The position numbers and the translations under genes were made by a program. Shown piece by piece: positions 19,388 through 29,687 of a stretch of 64,000 bases of DNA. The stretch comes from Candidatus Binataceae bacterium (GTDB taxonomy: Bacteria > Desulfobacterota > Binatia > Binatales > Binataceae): the NCBI GenBank assembly GCA_035541875.1, contig DATKML010000025.1, forward strand, positions 149 through 64,148, given 5' to 3'. The notes under the pieces were generated by a model. The model was given only the letters and a program-made list of their open reading frames with translations. It was not told the DNA's origin and did no database searches. How positions within the stretch are numbered: position 1 is the first letter of the stretch; every line of letters starts with the position of its first letter.

Positions 19388-19404
19388 AGACTAGGAGAGG
19401 GACA

Positions 19405-19638
19405 ATGGAACGTCACGAAGAAGAATTGATCCAGCGCTATGCCAACGACGACCACGAGCTGCGGTCACTCTACGAAGAGCATCAGGCCCTCAAGCATAAA
19501 CTCGATTCCTACCGGAACAAGCATTTCCTCACGGCAGAAGAAGAAGTCGAAATGAAAACGATCCAGAAGCAGAAACTTGTGCAGAAGGATCGTATAATGG
19601 CGATTCTCGAACGCCATCAGCATAATCACGCGCATTAA
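19405..19638 (+). CDS. DUF465/YdcH-like small coiled-coil protein
   Basis: GGAGAGG SD; LYEEHQALK...KQKLVQKDRI pattern. Confidence 0.75.
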   Translation: MERHEEELIQRYANDDHELRSLYEEHQALKHKLDSYRNKHFLTAEEEVEMKTIQKQKLVQKDRIMAILERHQHNHAH

Positions 19639-19707
19639 GTTGCGTTAGCTATTTTTTTCAACAGCCGTAGCGCACTATCGGCGACGGCCAATGGCCAAGC
19701 GTCAGGA

Positions 19708-20235
19708 ATGCCAAGTCATACCATTTCAGTCCAGGTTGAGAACGAATTCGGAGTGCTGTCCCGGGTGGCCGGCCTCTTTTCAAGTCGCGGCTTCAATATC
19801 GAGTCGCTGACAGTTAACGAGGACCCACTCGACCCCACACTCTCGCGGATAGTGCTGGTCAGCTCGGGCGACGATCAGGTGCTTGAGCAGATCAACAAAC
19901 AGCTCAATAAGCTGGTTACGGTCATCAAGGTAATCGACTTCAAAGAAGTCGAGACGATCGACCGCGAGCTGATGCTCGTTAAGGTCGCCGTCGATGATCG
20001 CTCGCGCTCGGAACTGGATTCCATTGTGCAGGCCTTCCGCGCGCACGTAGTTGATATCGGACCGAAGTCGCAGACTATCGAAGTTACAGGCGATTCCACC
20101 AAGATCAAGGCCTTTATCGCGTTGGTCCGGCCGCTTGGGATAAAAGAGATTGTTCGCACCGGGAAGATCGCGATGGCGCGGTCGGTGCAATTACACGAAG
20201 CTTACAATCATCGCGCTTCACGCGAAGCGGTCTAA
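19708..20235 (+). CDS. ilvN: Acetolactate synthase small (regulatory) subunit
   Basis: VENEFGVLSRVAGLFSSRGFNIESL, EQINKQLNKL, EIVRTGKIAM. Confidence 0.96.
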   Translation: MPSHTISVQVENEFGVLSRVAGLFSSRGFNIESLTVNEDPLDPTLSRIVLVSSGDDQVLEQINKQLNKLVTVIKVIDFKEVETIDRELMLVKVAVDDRSRSELDSIVQAFRAHVVDIGPKSQTIEVTGDSTKIKAFIALVRPLGIKEIVRTGKIAMARSVQLHEAYNHRASREAV

Positions 20236-20248
20236 GGGAGATACATAG

Positions 20249-21265
20249 ATGAAGGTTTTTTACGATCGTGATGCCGATCTGAGCGCGCTCCGCTCCCATA
20301 AGATCGCGATTATCGGGTTCGGCAGCCAGGGTCATGCGCATGCGTTAAACCTGCGCGACAGCGGTATGGATGTTCGCGTGGGACTCCGCAAGGATAGCCC
20401 TTCGGTCGCCAAGGCCGAGAAGCAGGGGCTCCGCGTGGTCGATACCGCCGAAGCGGCGCGCGAGGCGGATATCATCATGATGCTGACGCCGGACGAGATG
20501 GCGTCGGATATCTTCAAGGCCGAAATCGAGCCCCATCTGACGAAGGGCAAATATCTGGCCTTCGGCCACGGCTTCAATATCCATTTCAAGTTTATCCAGC
20601 CCTCGCCCGCTGTGAACGTCTTCATGATTGCGCCGAAGGGCCCCGGCCATCTGGTGCGTTCGGAGTTCGTAAAGGGCCGCGGGGTACCATGCCTGCTCGC
20701 GGTACAGCAGGATCCGTCGGGCGATACGCACAAGGTTGGTCTCGCCTACGGATGCGCGATCGGCGGTGGCCGCGCGGCGATTATCGAAACCTCCTTCCGC
20801 GAAGAGACCGAGACCGACCTGTTCGGCGAGCAATCGGTGCTTTGCGGCGGTCTTACCGAACTGATCCGCGCGGGTTACGAGACGCTCGTCGACGCCGGTT
20901 ACGCACCGGAGATGGCCTACTTCGAGTGTCTGCACGAAGTGAAGCTGATCGTTGATCTGATCTACGAAGGCGGCATCTCGAACATGCGCTACTCGATCAG
21001 CAACACGGCCGAGTATGGCGACATGACTCGCGGCAAGCGGATTATCGGCGAGACGACGCGCAAGGCGATGAAAGAGATTCTCGGCGAAATCCAGTCGGGC
21101 AAGTTTGCCAACGAATGGATCGGCGAGTACCGCGAGGGTCTTAAGAACTTCAAGCGGATGCGCGCCGAGGGCGAGCAGCATCCGGTGGAAGAAGTTGGCC
21201 GCAAGCTGCGTTCCTTCATGCCGTGGCTCGGCAGCGACCGCCTAGTCGATCGCGCGCGCAATTAG
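20249..21265 (+). CDS. ilvC: Ketol-acid reductoisomerase
   Basis: [40 protein letters not shown]. Confidence 0.98.
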   Translation: MKVFYDRDADLSALRSHKIAIIGFGSQGHAHALNLRDSGMDVRVGLRKDSPSVAKAEKQGLRVVDTAEAAREADIIMMLTPDEMASDIFKAEIEPHLTKGKYLAFGHGFNIHFKFIQPSPAVNVFMIAPKGPGHLVRSEFVKGRGVPCLLAVQQDPSGDTHKVGLAYGCAIGGGRAAIIETSFREETETDLFGEQSVLCGGLTELIRAGYETLVDAGYAPEMAYFECLHEVKLIVDLIYEGGISNMRYSISNTAEYGDMTRGKRIIGETTRKAMKEILGEIQSGKFANEWIGEYREGLKNFKRMRAEGEQHPVEEVGRKLRSFMPWLGSDRLVDRARN

Positions 21266-21278
21266 TGGCCATTGATCT

Positions 21279-21986
21279 ATGGCCCCGCCTGAGCGGGTTG
21301 CGAGAGAGATCTTACCGGCGATGACAGACCGTCTAGCTGCGCTTTTACATATCGCACCCGAAGGCGCAGTCATGTCTTTCGGGATCGCCTTGGTGGCCTT
21401 GGTGGTGCTGGGACTCGGCCCACTATGGCTTGGCCTGCCGCTCCTGATACTGGCCCTCGCGGTCGCGAGCTTTTTTCGCGATCCGGAACGGCATGCCTCG
21501 GCGCCGGCTGACGCGGTTATCTCGGCGGCCGACGGCAAGGTTTGCGACATTAGCGAGGCTCCGATTCCCGTTGCGTGCGGGCAGCTTTCGCGGCGGGTCG
21601 CCGTCTTCATGTCCCCGGCCAACGTGCACGTGAATCGGGCTCCGGTTAGCGGCAAGGTGATACGCGTCGAACATACTCCCGGGGAGTTTCGCGCGGCCTA
21701 TCGCGACGATGCGAGTGAGCATAACGAGCACAACGTTATTGTTCTGCAGGACAAACGCGGCCGGCGACATGCTATCGTGCAGATAGCGGGCTACCTCGCT
21801 CGGAGGATTGTCTGTCGCGTGAATCCGGGGGATCATGTTGATCGAGGTGCGCGCGTCGGCCTGATTATGTTTGGCAGCCGGGTCGACCATTTTTTCCCCC
21901 TCGATTACCGGGTCAAAGTCGTGGTTGGTGACCGGGTGCGGGCGGGCGAGAGCGTGCTCGCGGAGATCACGGCCAATGGAAACTGA
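21279..21986 (+). CDS. psd: Phosphatidylserine decarboxylase proenzyme (start may be 21321)
   Basis: FFRDPER, FMSPANVHVNRAP, FGSRVD cleavage motif. Confidence 0.93.
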   Translation: MAPPERVAREILPAMTDRLAALLHIAPEGAVMSFGIALVALVVLGLGPLWLGLPLLILALAVASFFRDPERHASAPADAVISAADGKVCDISEAPIPVACGQLSRRVAVFMSPANVHVNRAPVSGKVIRVEHTPGEFRAAYRDDASEHNEHNVIVLQDKRGRRHAIVQIAGYLARRIVCRVNPGDHVDRGARVGLIMFGSRVDHFFPLDYRVKVVVGDRVRAGESVLAEITANGN

Positions 21987-22824
21987 AAGGTCCATGCAGG
22001 AAGCGGATAGCGTCGCGCGCTTGCGGCTGATTTCGGGCCGCATGATGGAGCGACCGCAACTCGTTACGCCGATCCGACGCGGTATCTTTGTTATCCCTGC
22101 GACTATCACCTCGCTCGGCCTGTTGGCGGGCTTCTATTCGATCATCTCCTCACTCGAGAAGCACTTCGAGTTTGCCGCGGTACTGATCACGATTTCCTTT
22201 ATCTGCGACGGCCTCGACGGGCGCGTCGCGCGTCTTTCGCGTTCATCGAGCCAGTTTGGTGTCGAACTCGACAGCCTGTCCGACGTGGTGGCATTCGGAA
22301 CTGCACCCGCGGTGCTGCTGTATTCGTGGGCGCTGCGACCGCTCGGATCGGTTGCGGTAATGATCAGCGGACTCTTCGTTGTGGCGGCGGCATTGCGGCT
22401 GGCGCGCTTCAATGTTCAGACCGGCAGCGTCGATAAGAGCAAATTTGTCGGACTGCCGGTGCCGGGTGCCGCGGCGATGGTCGCCGGCGTTGTGCTGGCT
22501 TACAGCTATTTCGAATTGAGCTCACCACGCACCCTTTGCGCCGCGATGGCGCCAATTACGCTTGCGTTGGCCGCCCTGATGGTCTCGACGGTGCCCTATC
22601 CGAGTTTCAAGGGCGTTGATTTGCGGCATACGGCGCCGCTGGAACTGCTCGCCGTGGTGGTGATCGTGGCCGCGATGCTGATCGCGATGCCGCAATTCAC
22701 GACTTTCCTGCTGGCGACGGCCTATGTGCTTTCCGGACCGTACAAGTATCTGCGCGGCGAACGTATCGAACTGGCGAAGGATTCGGTCGCCGGCGCGCAA
22801 ACGACGACGGGAGTTGCCTCCTAA
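21976..22824 (+). CDS. pssA: CDP-diacylglycerol--serine O-phosphatidyltransferase
   Basis: DGLDGRVAR, FGVELDSLSDVVAFG, LRLARFN; adjacent to psd. Confidence 0.93.
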   Translation: METERSMQEADSVARLRLISGRMMERPQLVTPIRRGIFVIPATITSLGLLAGFYSIISSLEKHFEFAAVLITISFICDGLDGRVARLSRSSSQFGVELDSLSDVVAFGTAPAVLLYSWALRPLGSVAVMISGLFVVAAALRLARFNVQTGSVDKSKFVGLPVPGAAAMVAGVVLAYSYFELSSPRTLCAAMAPITLALAALMVSTVPYPSFKGVDLRHTAPLELLAVVVIVAAMLIAMPQFTTFLLATAYVLSGPYKYLRGERIELAKDSVAGAQTTTGVAS

Positions 22825-22830
22825 CGGTCC

Positions 22831-22860
22831 TTGACTGCTAGCGATTGGCGCGATTAGATT
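22831..22860 (+). promoter_or_regulatory. Putative sigma-70 promoter of the leu leader
   Basis: TTGACT-18 nt-TAGATT, 8 nt before the leader ATG. Confidence 0.5.
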
Positions 22861-22868
22861 AACGAACA

Positions 22869-22952
22869 ATGTCTTCCAACCTGCTCCTCGGACTGCTGCT
22901 TAGCCTGGCCCTTACGGGGGCCCACGCCACGGGCGTCGAGGTGCAGGCCTGA
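22869..22952 (+). CDS. leuL: Leucine-rich attenuation leader peptide (27 aa)
   Basis: MSSNLLLGLLLSLALTGAHATGVEVQA*, 8 Leu codons in positions 5-15, directly upstream of leuA and a terminator. Confidence 0.8.
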   Translation: MSSNLLLGLLLSLALTGAHATGVEVQA

Positions 22953-22975
22953 GATAGGCTTGAAACTGTAAAACG

Positions 22976-23023
22976 AACGCCCCAGGCGCAGGGCCGAACA
23001 AGCCGCCTGGGGCGTTTTCTTTT
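22976..23023 (+). terminator. Attenuator terminator upstream of leuA
   Basis: 13-bp stem AACGCCCCAGGCG/CGCCTGGGGCGTT followed by TTCTTTT. Confidence 0.85.
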
Positions 23024-23081
23024 GTGACGATCCTCGCGGCCTAATTCGGCTCAAGTCCGATGGCTGTTCGGATGGAGAAAC

Positions 23082-24650
23082 ATGATGGCTAGTACAGACT
23101 CGTTTGCGACGATTGACCCCAGCAGGGTTCGGATCTTCGACACCACACTGCGCGACGGCGAGCAATCGCCCGGATGCACGATGAACGTGGAGGAGAAGAT
23201 CGCGATCGCGCAGCAACTCGAACGGCTCAACGTCGATATTATCGAGGCGGGGTTCGCTGCGTCGTCACCGGGCGATTTCGAGTCGGTGAGCCGGATTGCT
23301 CAGGCGCTGACGAATCCGACGGTTCTGAGCCTCTCGCGAACGCGCGAAGAAGATGTCGATGCGGCGTTGCGCGCGGTGGAAAAGGCCAAGCGGCCGGGAA
23401 TCCATATCTTTATCGCGACCTCCGATATCCACATGAAGTACAAGCTCAACATGACGCGCGAGGATGTGCTCAGCGCGGCAACGTGGGCCGTGACGCGCGC
23501 GAAGAAGCATCTCGACTATATCGAGTTCTCGTGCGAAGACGCCTCGCGCAGCGACTGGGACTTCATGGCCAAGATCTGCACCGAGGTAATTCGAGCCGGT
23601 GCCCGAATTATCAATCTGCCCGATACGACCGGTCACGCGATTCCGACCGAGTACGGCGAGATGTTCGATTACATGCGCACCCATGTCGAGGGTGCGGACA
23701 AGGTTATCTGGAGTGCCCACTGCCATAACGATTTGGGCTTGGCCGTCGCGAACTCGCTCTCTGCGATTCGTCACGGTGTCCGCCAAATCGAGTGCACGAT
23801 CAACGGTATCGGCGAGCGCGCTGGGAACACCTCGATGGAAGAGGTCGTGATGGCGCTGAAGACGCGCAGCGACCTGATGGGCGTCGACTGCGGCGTGGTG
23901 ACCCAGCAGATTTATCCGACCTCGCGACTGCTCTCGCAGATAATCGGGCAGCCGGTGCCGCCGAACAAACCGATCGTCGGTGACAACGCCTTCGCGCACG
24001 AAGCCGGCATTCACCAGGACGGCGTGCTCAAGAACAAGCTGACCTACGAAATCATGAAGCCCGAGGATATTGGGATTCCATCGAACAAGCTGGTGCTCGG
24101 CAAACATTCCGGCCGCCACGCTTTCACGAATCGGCTGAAAGAGCTGGGCGTCGATCCCGCGACGATCGACGTGCAGCGGGCCTTCGCCGCCTTCAAGGCT
24201 CTGTGCGATAAAAAGAAAATCGTCTATGACGACGATATTCTCGCGCTCGCCAATGAAGAGCGTCGCACCGCCGATACTTATGAGCTGATCGATCTGAAAG
24301 TCACGTCGTCCAGTAAAAGCGAACCCCATGCGGAGGTTACGCTCCGGGTGGCCGGTGCGGAGAAGAGTGCCGAAGCGAACGGCGACGGGATGGTCGATGC
24401 GTGCTACAAGGCCATCTACCAGATTGCTGGAATCACCCCGACGCTCGAACGCTACGCGGTGAAGGCGATCACGGGTGGAACCGACGCGCTGGGCGAAGTT
24501 TCGTGCATGGTGCGTGAGGACGGAATGACGGTTGCCGGCCAGGGCGCTCATAGCGATATCGTGATGGCGAGCGCATTGGCGCTGGTGAACGCGCTGAATC
24601 GCCTGCAGGCACGGAATCGCGCGACCGCTGCCGTCGTCGAAGGGCACTAA
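23082..24650 (+). CDS. leuA: 2-isopropylmalate synthase
   Basis: IFDTTLRDGEQSPG, HCHNDLGLAVAN, GIGERAGN, HEAGIHQDG, GKHSGRH. Confidence 0.97.
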   Translation: MMASTDSFATIDPSRVRIFDTTLRDGEQSPGCTMNVEEKIAIAQQLERLNVDIIEAGFAASSPGDFESVSRIAQALTNPTVLSLSRTREEDVDAALRAVEKAKRPGIHIFIATSDIHMKYKLNMTREDVLSAATWAVTRAKKHLDYIEFSCEDASRSDWDFMAKICTEVIRAGARIINLPDTTGHAIPTEYGEMFDYMRTHVEGADKVIWSAHCHNDLGLAVANSLSAIRHGVRQIECTINGIGERAGNTSMEEVVMALKTRSDLMGVDCGVVTQQIYPTSRLLSQIIGQPVPPNKPIVGDNAFAHEAGIHQDGVLKNKLTYEIMKPEDIGIPSNKLVLGKHSGRHAFTNRLKELGVDPATIDVQRAFAAFKALCDKKKIVYDDDILALANEERRTADTYELIDLKVTSSSKSEPHAEVTLRVAGAEKSAEANGDGMVDACYKAIYQIAGITPTLERYAVKAITGGTDALGEVSCMVREDGMTVAGQGAHSDIVMASALALVNALNRLQARNRATAAVVEGH

Positions 24651-24781
24651 AGGCTAAGGCTTGCCGCTATCGCTTACATCGGCTAAGTGCTAAGCCATTG
24701 TTTATCAATTGAGGTTATCGCGACTCTGCTCGATGAAAGGCCGCCTGCTGGTGCGATGACACCGGCGCTCAACGCTCGTAA

Positions 24782-25891
24782 ATGGCTTACAAGATATTAG
24801 TTCTCAGGGGTGACGGTATTGGTCCCGAGGTTGTCGGCGAAGCACTGCAGGTGCTCAAGCTGGCGACCCGCGATGCGGCAGTTGATATGGAATTCAAGGA
24901 CGCGCCGCTCGGTGGCCACGCGATCGATACGTTCGGCACGTCGCTGCCGGATCAGACGCTGCAACTGGCAAAAGAATGCGACGCGATCCTGATGGGTGCA
25001 GTCGGCGGACCCAAGTGGGATAATCCGCAAGCGGCGGATCGTCCTGAGCGTGGCCTGCTGGCTTTACGCAAAGAGCTCGGACTCTTCGCGAATGTTCGCC
25101 CCGTCAAAACGGTCAAAGAGCTGATCAGCGCGTCGCCGCTGCGGCCCGAGATAATCAATGGTGTTGATCTCGTCGTGATTCGCGAACTCACCGGCGGAAT
25201 CTATTACGGCAAGCCGAGCGAACGGCGCGCCGGAGAGTCCGGTCGCGAAGCGGTTGATACCTGCTTCTACACCGAAGGCGAAGTCGCGCGCGTGATGCGC
25301 TACGGTTTCGAGCTGGCGCGGAATCGCCGCAAGAAGCTGACTTCGGTTGATAAGGCCAACGTGATGTCATCGTCACGGCTGTGGCGTGAAGTCGCGACCG
25401 AGCTCAGTGCCGAGTTCAAGGACGTGGCCTTCGAGAACCAGCTCGTCGATTCGATGGCGATGCATCTGATTCGGCGCCCCAAGGACTTCGACGTGATCGT
25501 CGCCGAAAATATGTTCGGCGACATCCTGACCGACGAAGCCTCGGTGCTCGCGGGTTCGATGGGCTTGCTGCCCTCGGCCTCGCTCGGTGAAGATCTCAAC
25601 TCGGCGGGTTTCCGGGTCGGACTCTATGAGCCGATTCATGGCAGCGCCCCCGATATCGCAGGGCGCGACGAGGCCAATCCGCTGGCGGCGATTCTTTCCG
25701 CCGCGATGCTGCTTGAGCATTCGCTGGGAATGCGATCAGAGGCTGAGCGGATCGTGCAGGCGGTCGAAGGCGTGATCCACGACGGCCATCGGACGAAGGA
25801 TCTCGGCGGCACTGGTGCGCGCGCGGTCGGATGCAAGGCGATGGGCCGGTTGGTACGCGAGCGGCTCGAGAGCCTGCTACCGGGCGATTGA
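24782..25891 (+). CDS. leuB: 3-isopropylmalate dehydrogenase
   Basis: [42 protein letters not shown]. Confidence 0.97.
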   Translation: MAYKILVLRGDGIGPEVVGEALQVLKLATRDAAVDMEFKDAPLGGHAIDTFGTSLPDQTLQLAKECDAILMGAVGGPKWDNPQAADRPERGLLALRKELGLFANVRPVKTVKELISASPLRPEIINGVDLVVIRELTGGIYYGKPSERRAGESGREAVDTCFYTEGEVARVMRYGFELARNRRKKLTSVDKANVMSSSRLWREVATELSAEFKDVAFENQLVDSMAMHLIRRPKDFDVIVAENMFGDILTDEASVLAGSMGLLPSASLGEDLNSAGFRVGLYEPIHGSAPDIAGRDEANPLAAILSAAMLLEHSLGMRSEAERIVQAVEGVIHDGHRTKDLGGTGARAVGCKAMGRLVRERLESLLPGD

Positions 25892-26853
25892 TGCCCGCCA
25901 TCAGTGACACGCCCCCGCGCATCGCAATCGTTGGCGCCACGGGTACGGTTGGCAGTCAGATCGCGGAGCTAATCCAGGAGCGCGCGTTCCCGCACAAGGA
26001 ACTCAGGTTCTTTGGAACCGGGGGCGGCACGGACGACGACGCCGATGCCGACGAAGAAGCGGTCGAGCTCGAAACTCTCGGGTCACCGCGTGATCTTGCT
26101 CGTTTCGATATCGCATTTCTCGCCGCACCTGCCCAGGTCGCCGAGCCGATCCTTAAGGCCTCGCCTGGACCCGTGATGATCGACGTAAGCGGAGCCCGAC
26201 TCGCAAACGAAGCTACTCCGTTGGTGGCGCCGGGGCTGACGCCCAAGTCGCGTATCGGTGGCGCGCAGGATCTCCGATGCTTCAGCGTGCCCCATCCGGC
26301 AGCGCAGGTAATCGCGACGATCCTTAACGCAGTCGAGTACAACAACCAATTCGCTGCCGCGATGGTGATCCTGGCCGCGGCGAGCCGCGGGCGTGAAGCA
26401 ATCTCAGTGCTCTTCCAACAAACGGCCGATCTGCTGAACACGCGACTCGATCTCGACGAAGATGAAACTCAGGTAGCGTTCAATCTGTTTGTGCCTCCGG
26501 GCGCTGAGAGCACCGCCGAGACGATCACGAACCAGGCGAGTATCCTGCTGGCGAACAGCTGTAGGCCCGTCGTGCAGATTGCGCATGCTCCGGCCTTTCA
26601 CGGAGGCGCGGTTGCGCTGTTTGTCCCGCTGAGTCCGGCGATGGATGAATGGAAGACGAAGTTGCATAGCGCCCCGGGTATCATCCTCAAGGAAAATGAG
26701 GCGACGCTGAGTTCCGTCGATGCTGCTGTGGAAGAAGGCGTGGCCGTGAAACTGACGACAACTGCGGCCGGAGCAAAGTTCTGGTGTGTCTTCGATCCGG
26801 CCCGGATTGCGGCGCTGGCAGCGCTCTGGGTCGCGGAGAATCTCGCGCAATAG
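25891..26853 (+). CDS. Aspartate-semialdehyde dehydrogenase-like (Usg-type) protein lacking the catalytic Cys
   Basis: IAIVGATGTVG, QVAFNL, PAFHG; VPHP where Asd has NPNC; coupled to the leuB stop, upstream of truA. Confidence 0.75.
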   Translation: MPAISDTPPRIAIVGATGTVGSQIAELIQERAFPHKELRFFGTGGGTDDDADADEEAVELETLGSPRDLARFDIAFLAAPAQVAEPILKASPGPVMIDVSGARLANEATPLVAPGLTPKSRIGGAQDLRCFSVPHPAAQVIATILNAVEYNNQFAAAMVILAAASRGREAISVLFQQTADLLNTRLDLDEDETQVAFNLFVPPGAESTAETITNQASILLANSCRPVVQIAHAPAFHGGAVALFVPLSPAMDEWKTKLHSAPGIILKENEATLSSVDAAVEEGVAVKLTTTAAGAKFWCVFDPARIAALAALWVAENLAQ

Positions 26854-26893
26854 ATCGTCGCTAGCGCGTGATGCGCAGGCACCATTAATCGCT

Positions 26894-27628
26894 ATGCGCT
26901 TTCGACTGACCCTCGAATACGACGGCGCCAATTACTCCGGATGGCAGCTGCAGCTGGGTCAGGACTCGATTCAAGCCCGTATCGAGGCAGCCTTGGCGCA
27001 ACTCTTCAATCAACCGGTGCGGATCTATGGATCGGGCCGCACCGACGCCGGAGTGCATGCGCGCGGACAGGTTGCTGCCTTCACCGCGCCGCGTGCGATC
27101 GAGGCGACCGATCTGCGGCGGGCGCTCAACGCCCTACTCCCTCCGGATATCGCGGTGATCGACGCTTCGCTTGTGGCCGACGATTTTGATCCGCGCCGCG
27201 CCGCACGCTCACGCGTTTACGAGTATCGGATCCTCAACCGCGAATTGCGCTCGGCTTTTGCGTATCGCTGTGCGTGGCTTGTTCGCGAGCCCCTCGACAT
27301 ATCGTTGATGCAGGAAGCTGCGACGAAGTTCGTTGGCGAGCATGATTTTGCCGCATTTCGGACGCTCGGATCGGACGAGAAGACCACGATCCGCCGCGTT
27401 ATGGTCAGTGAATGGCGTCGTGAGGACGACGACACCCTCGTGTATCGCGTTGAGGCGACGGCCTTCTTGCGTCACATGGTGCGCACGATGGTTGCGCTGA
27501 TGGCCGAGGTGGGTCGCAGCAGGCTACCGTCTGACAGCGTGCCGGCGCTGATCGAATCGCGCGATCGGGCCAAAGCCCCGGCGATGGCGCCGGCGTGCGG
27601 GCTCTTCCTGATGGACGTTCGGTACTGA
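26894..27628 (+). CDS. truA: tRNA pseudouridine(38-40) synthase
   Basis: LEYDGANYSGWQ, GSGRTDAGVHA, FLRHMVR, APACGLFL. Confidence 0.97.
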   Translation: MRFRLTLEYDGANYSGWQLQLGQDSIQARIEAALAQLFNQPVRIYGSGRTDAGVHARGQVAAFTAPRAIEATDLRRALNALLPPDIAVIDASLVADDFDPRRAARSRVYEYRILNRELRSAFAYRCAWLVREPLDISLMQEAATKFVGEHDFAAFRTLGSDEKTTIRRVMVSEWRREDDDTLVYRVEATAFLRHMVRTMVALMAEVGRSRLPSDSVPALIESRDRAKAPAMAPACGLFLMDVRY

Positions 27629-27818
27629 TCGCACCGGCATTTTTCCACCGCAGCGCCAAAAAACCACACGGCGACAGTGGAAAACTGATCGCTTTGTGCA
27701 AAAAACACGCTCTTTTCTAGGAAAAAGAAGCGCTTTTCCGGATCGCCTACTTGCAAAAGCGCATTTGCTCGTTCACGCTGCATGCAGGAAGGTCGTTCAC
27801 GACCTAAGGAGGTGGATG

Positions 27819-28100
27819 ATGACGCAGACTCAGATCTCAGCTTTCCTCGCCGATAAAGTGGGAATCAGCAAGAAGCAGGCGAAGTCGGTCCTCGACGAAC
27901 TCGCGACCCTGATCGTGAAGGAGCTGAAAAAAGAGGGCAAACTGCGCCTGGCCGGCGTTGGAATTTTCACCAAGCGTAAGAGCAAGGCCCGCATGGGACG
28001 TAACCCGGCGACTGGTGCGGCGATCAAGATTCCGGCCCGCACCCGTCTGCGTATCACTCCGGCCAAGGCTCTGAAGGACGCAGTGCTCGGCACGAAGTAA
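27819..28100 (+). CDS. hup: HU family DNA-binding protein
   Basis: AAGGAGG SD; GVGIF, ARMGRNPATG, PAKALKDAV. Confidence 0.93.
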   Translation: MTQTQISAFLADKVGISKKQAKSVLDELATLIVKELKKEGKLRLAGVGIFTKRKSKARMGRNPATGAAIKIPARTRLRITPAKALKDAVLGTK

Positions 28101-28124
28101 GTCTTTCCCAAAGATTGAGAAAAG

Positions 28125-28161
28125 AACGGGGTCGAAGATCTTCTTCGGCCCCGTTTGTTTT
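28125..28161. terminator. Intrinsic terminator between convergent hup and rarA
   Basis: Stem AACGGGGTCGAAGA/TCTTCGGCCCCGTT, then TGTTTT; A-rich left flank. Confidence 0.8.
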
Positions 28162-28187
28162 GGCTCCGTGATGTCTACCCACTGCTG

Positions 28188-29540
28188 TTATTGGGGATTG
28201 CGGCGATTGTTGCGCAGCTTGCGTACTTGTTCGAGGTACTCGCGTAGACGCAGCTCGTAGCCGCGAGTTGACGGAATGTAGTAAATCTTGCCTTCCAGTT
28301 TATCGGGTCGGTAGATCTGATCAGTCACTGCGTCTTGGTAATCATGCGGATATTGATAATCGGCGCCGTAGCCCAGCCCCCGCATCAAGGAGGTCGGTGC
28401 GTTGCGCAGATGGAGCGGTACGGGCAGCGCGCCGTGCTCGCGCGCATCGGCACGCGCCGCATGCATCGCGCGGTAGGACGCGTTCGATTTGGGTGCGCTC
28501 GCCAGATAAGTAACGCCCTGCGCCAGCGGAATAATCCCCTCCGGCAGGCCGACAAACTCCACCGCTTCCTTGACTGCGATTGCGATCTGCAGTGCGCGAG
28601 GATCGGCATTGCCGATATCCTCCGACGCGAAGATCACCATTCGGCGCGCGATAAACAGCGCATCCTCACCCGCTTCGACCATCCGGGTCATCCAGTAGAG
28701 GGCCGCGTCGGGATCGGTCCCGCGCATACTCTTGATGAAAGCGGAGATAACGTTGTAGTGTTCTTCGCCCGCGCGATCGTAGAGCAGCGCTTTGTGCTGT
28801 GCCGCTTCGGTGATGTCGGCAATAGTGATGCCTTTGCGGCCGGCGTTTCCCGCTAGTTCGGCTGCGACCTCGAGCGTACCCAAGGTGCGACGTGCGTCAC
28901 CGCCGGCTATCCGAATGATCTCGGCGCGGGCTGCATCATCGAGGGTCAGGCCGAGTTCACCAAGGCCGCGTTCACGATCGGTCAGCGCGCGATTGATCAG
29001 TTGCGCCATGTGCTCTTCTGGTAAGGGTTGGAGCACGACGACGCGCGCGCGTGAGAGCAGCGGTGCGATCACCTCGAATGATGGGTTTTCCGTCGTTGCG
29101 CCGATCAGCGTAATCAGACCGCTTTCGACGTGAGGCAGAATCGCGTCCTGCTGCGCCCGGTTCCATCGATGGATCTCATCGATAAAGACGACGGTCTGCT
29201 TGCCTTCGAGATCGAGCGAGCGGCGTGCTTCATTCACGGCCTCGCGCAAATCGGCGACGCCCGCAGTAACGGCGGCCAGGGTTTTGAAGATCGCACCCGA
29301 CTTCTGCGCCAGCAGTAGCGCAATAGTTGTTTTGCCCGTGCCCGGTGGGCCCCACAGGATAATTGAATGGATGGATCCCGTAATCGCCATCTGGTAGAGC
29401 AGTTTGCCGGGACCGAGCAGATGCTCCTGCCCGACGACTTCCTCGAGGGATCGCGGGCGCATCCGATCGGCCAGTGGTCTTGCCGAGCGATGCTTGGGCT
29501 TAAAGAGTCCGGGTTCGTCGTGAGTCGTCCGCCGCGCCAT
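28188..29540 (-). CDS. rarA: Replication-associated recombination protein A (MgsA/RarA AAA+ ATPase)
   Basis: PLADRMRP, WGPPGTGKT, FIDEIHRW, GATTENPSF, SAFIKSMRGTDPDAA. Confidence 0.96.
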   Translation of the reverse strand: MARRTTHDEPGLFKPKHRSARPLADRMRPRSLEEVVGQEHLLGPGKLLYQMAITGSIHSIILWGPPGTGKTTIALLLAQKSGAIFKTLAAVTAGVADLREAVNEARRSLDLEGKQTVVFIDEIHRWNRAQQDAILPHVESGLITLIGATTENPSFEVIAPLLSRARVVVLQPLPEEHMAQLINRALTDRERGLGELGLTLDDAARAEIIRIAGGDARRTLGTLEVAAELAGNAGRKGITIADITEAAQHKALLYDRAGEEHYNVISAFIKSMRGTDPDAALYWMTRMVEAGEDALFIARRMVIFASEDIGNADPRALQIAIAVKEAVEFVGLPEGIIPLAQGVTYLASAPKSNASYRAMHAARADAREHGALPVPLHLRNAPTSLMRGLGYGADYQYPHDYQDAVTDQIYRPDKLEGKIYYIPSTRGYELRLREYLEQVRKLRNNRRNPQ

Positions 29541-29687
29541 CCTGTCAGCCTAACATAGTCCCAATTTTGACCGCAGAGACAGGATTTGCCTTGAGCTTCC
29601 GCGATGTTCTAGCCTCTGCCAAGGTTCGTCAGGCGGCCACAGCATAAAAGGGCCGACCGTGAACTGGGCCGCACAGGAGTCGGCACC

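Noticed and set aside
27640-27683. Inverted TTTTCCAC...GTGGAAAA after truA
   Set aside because: Only an 8-bp match over a long spacer; not enough to call a terminator or operator
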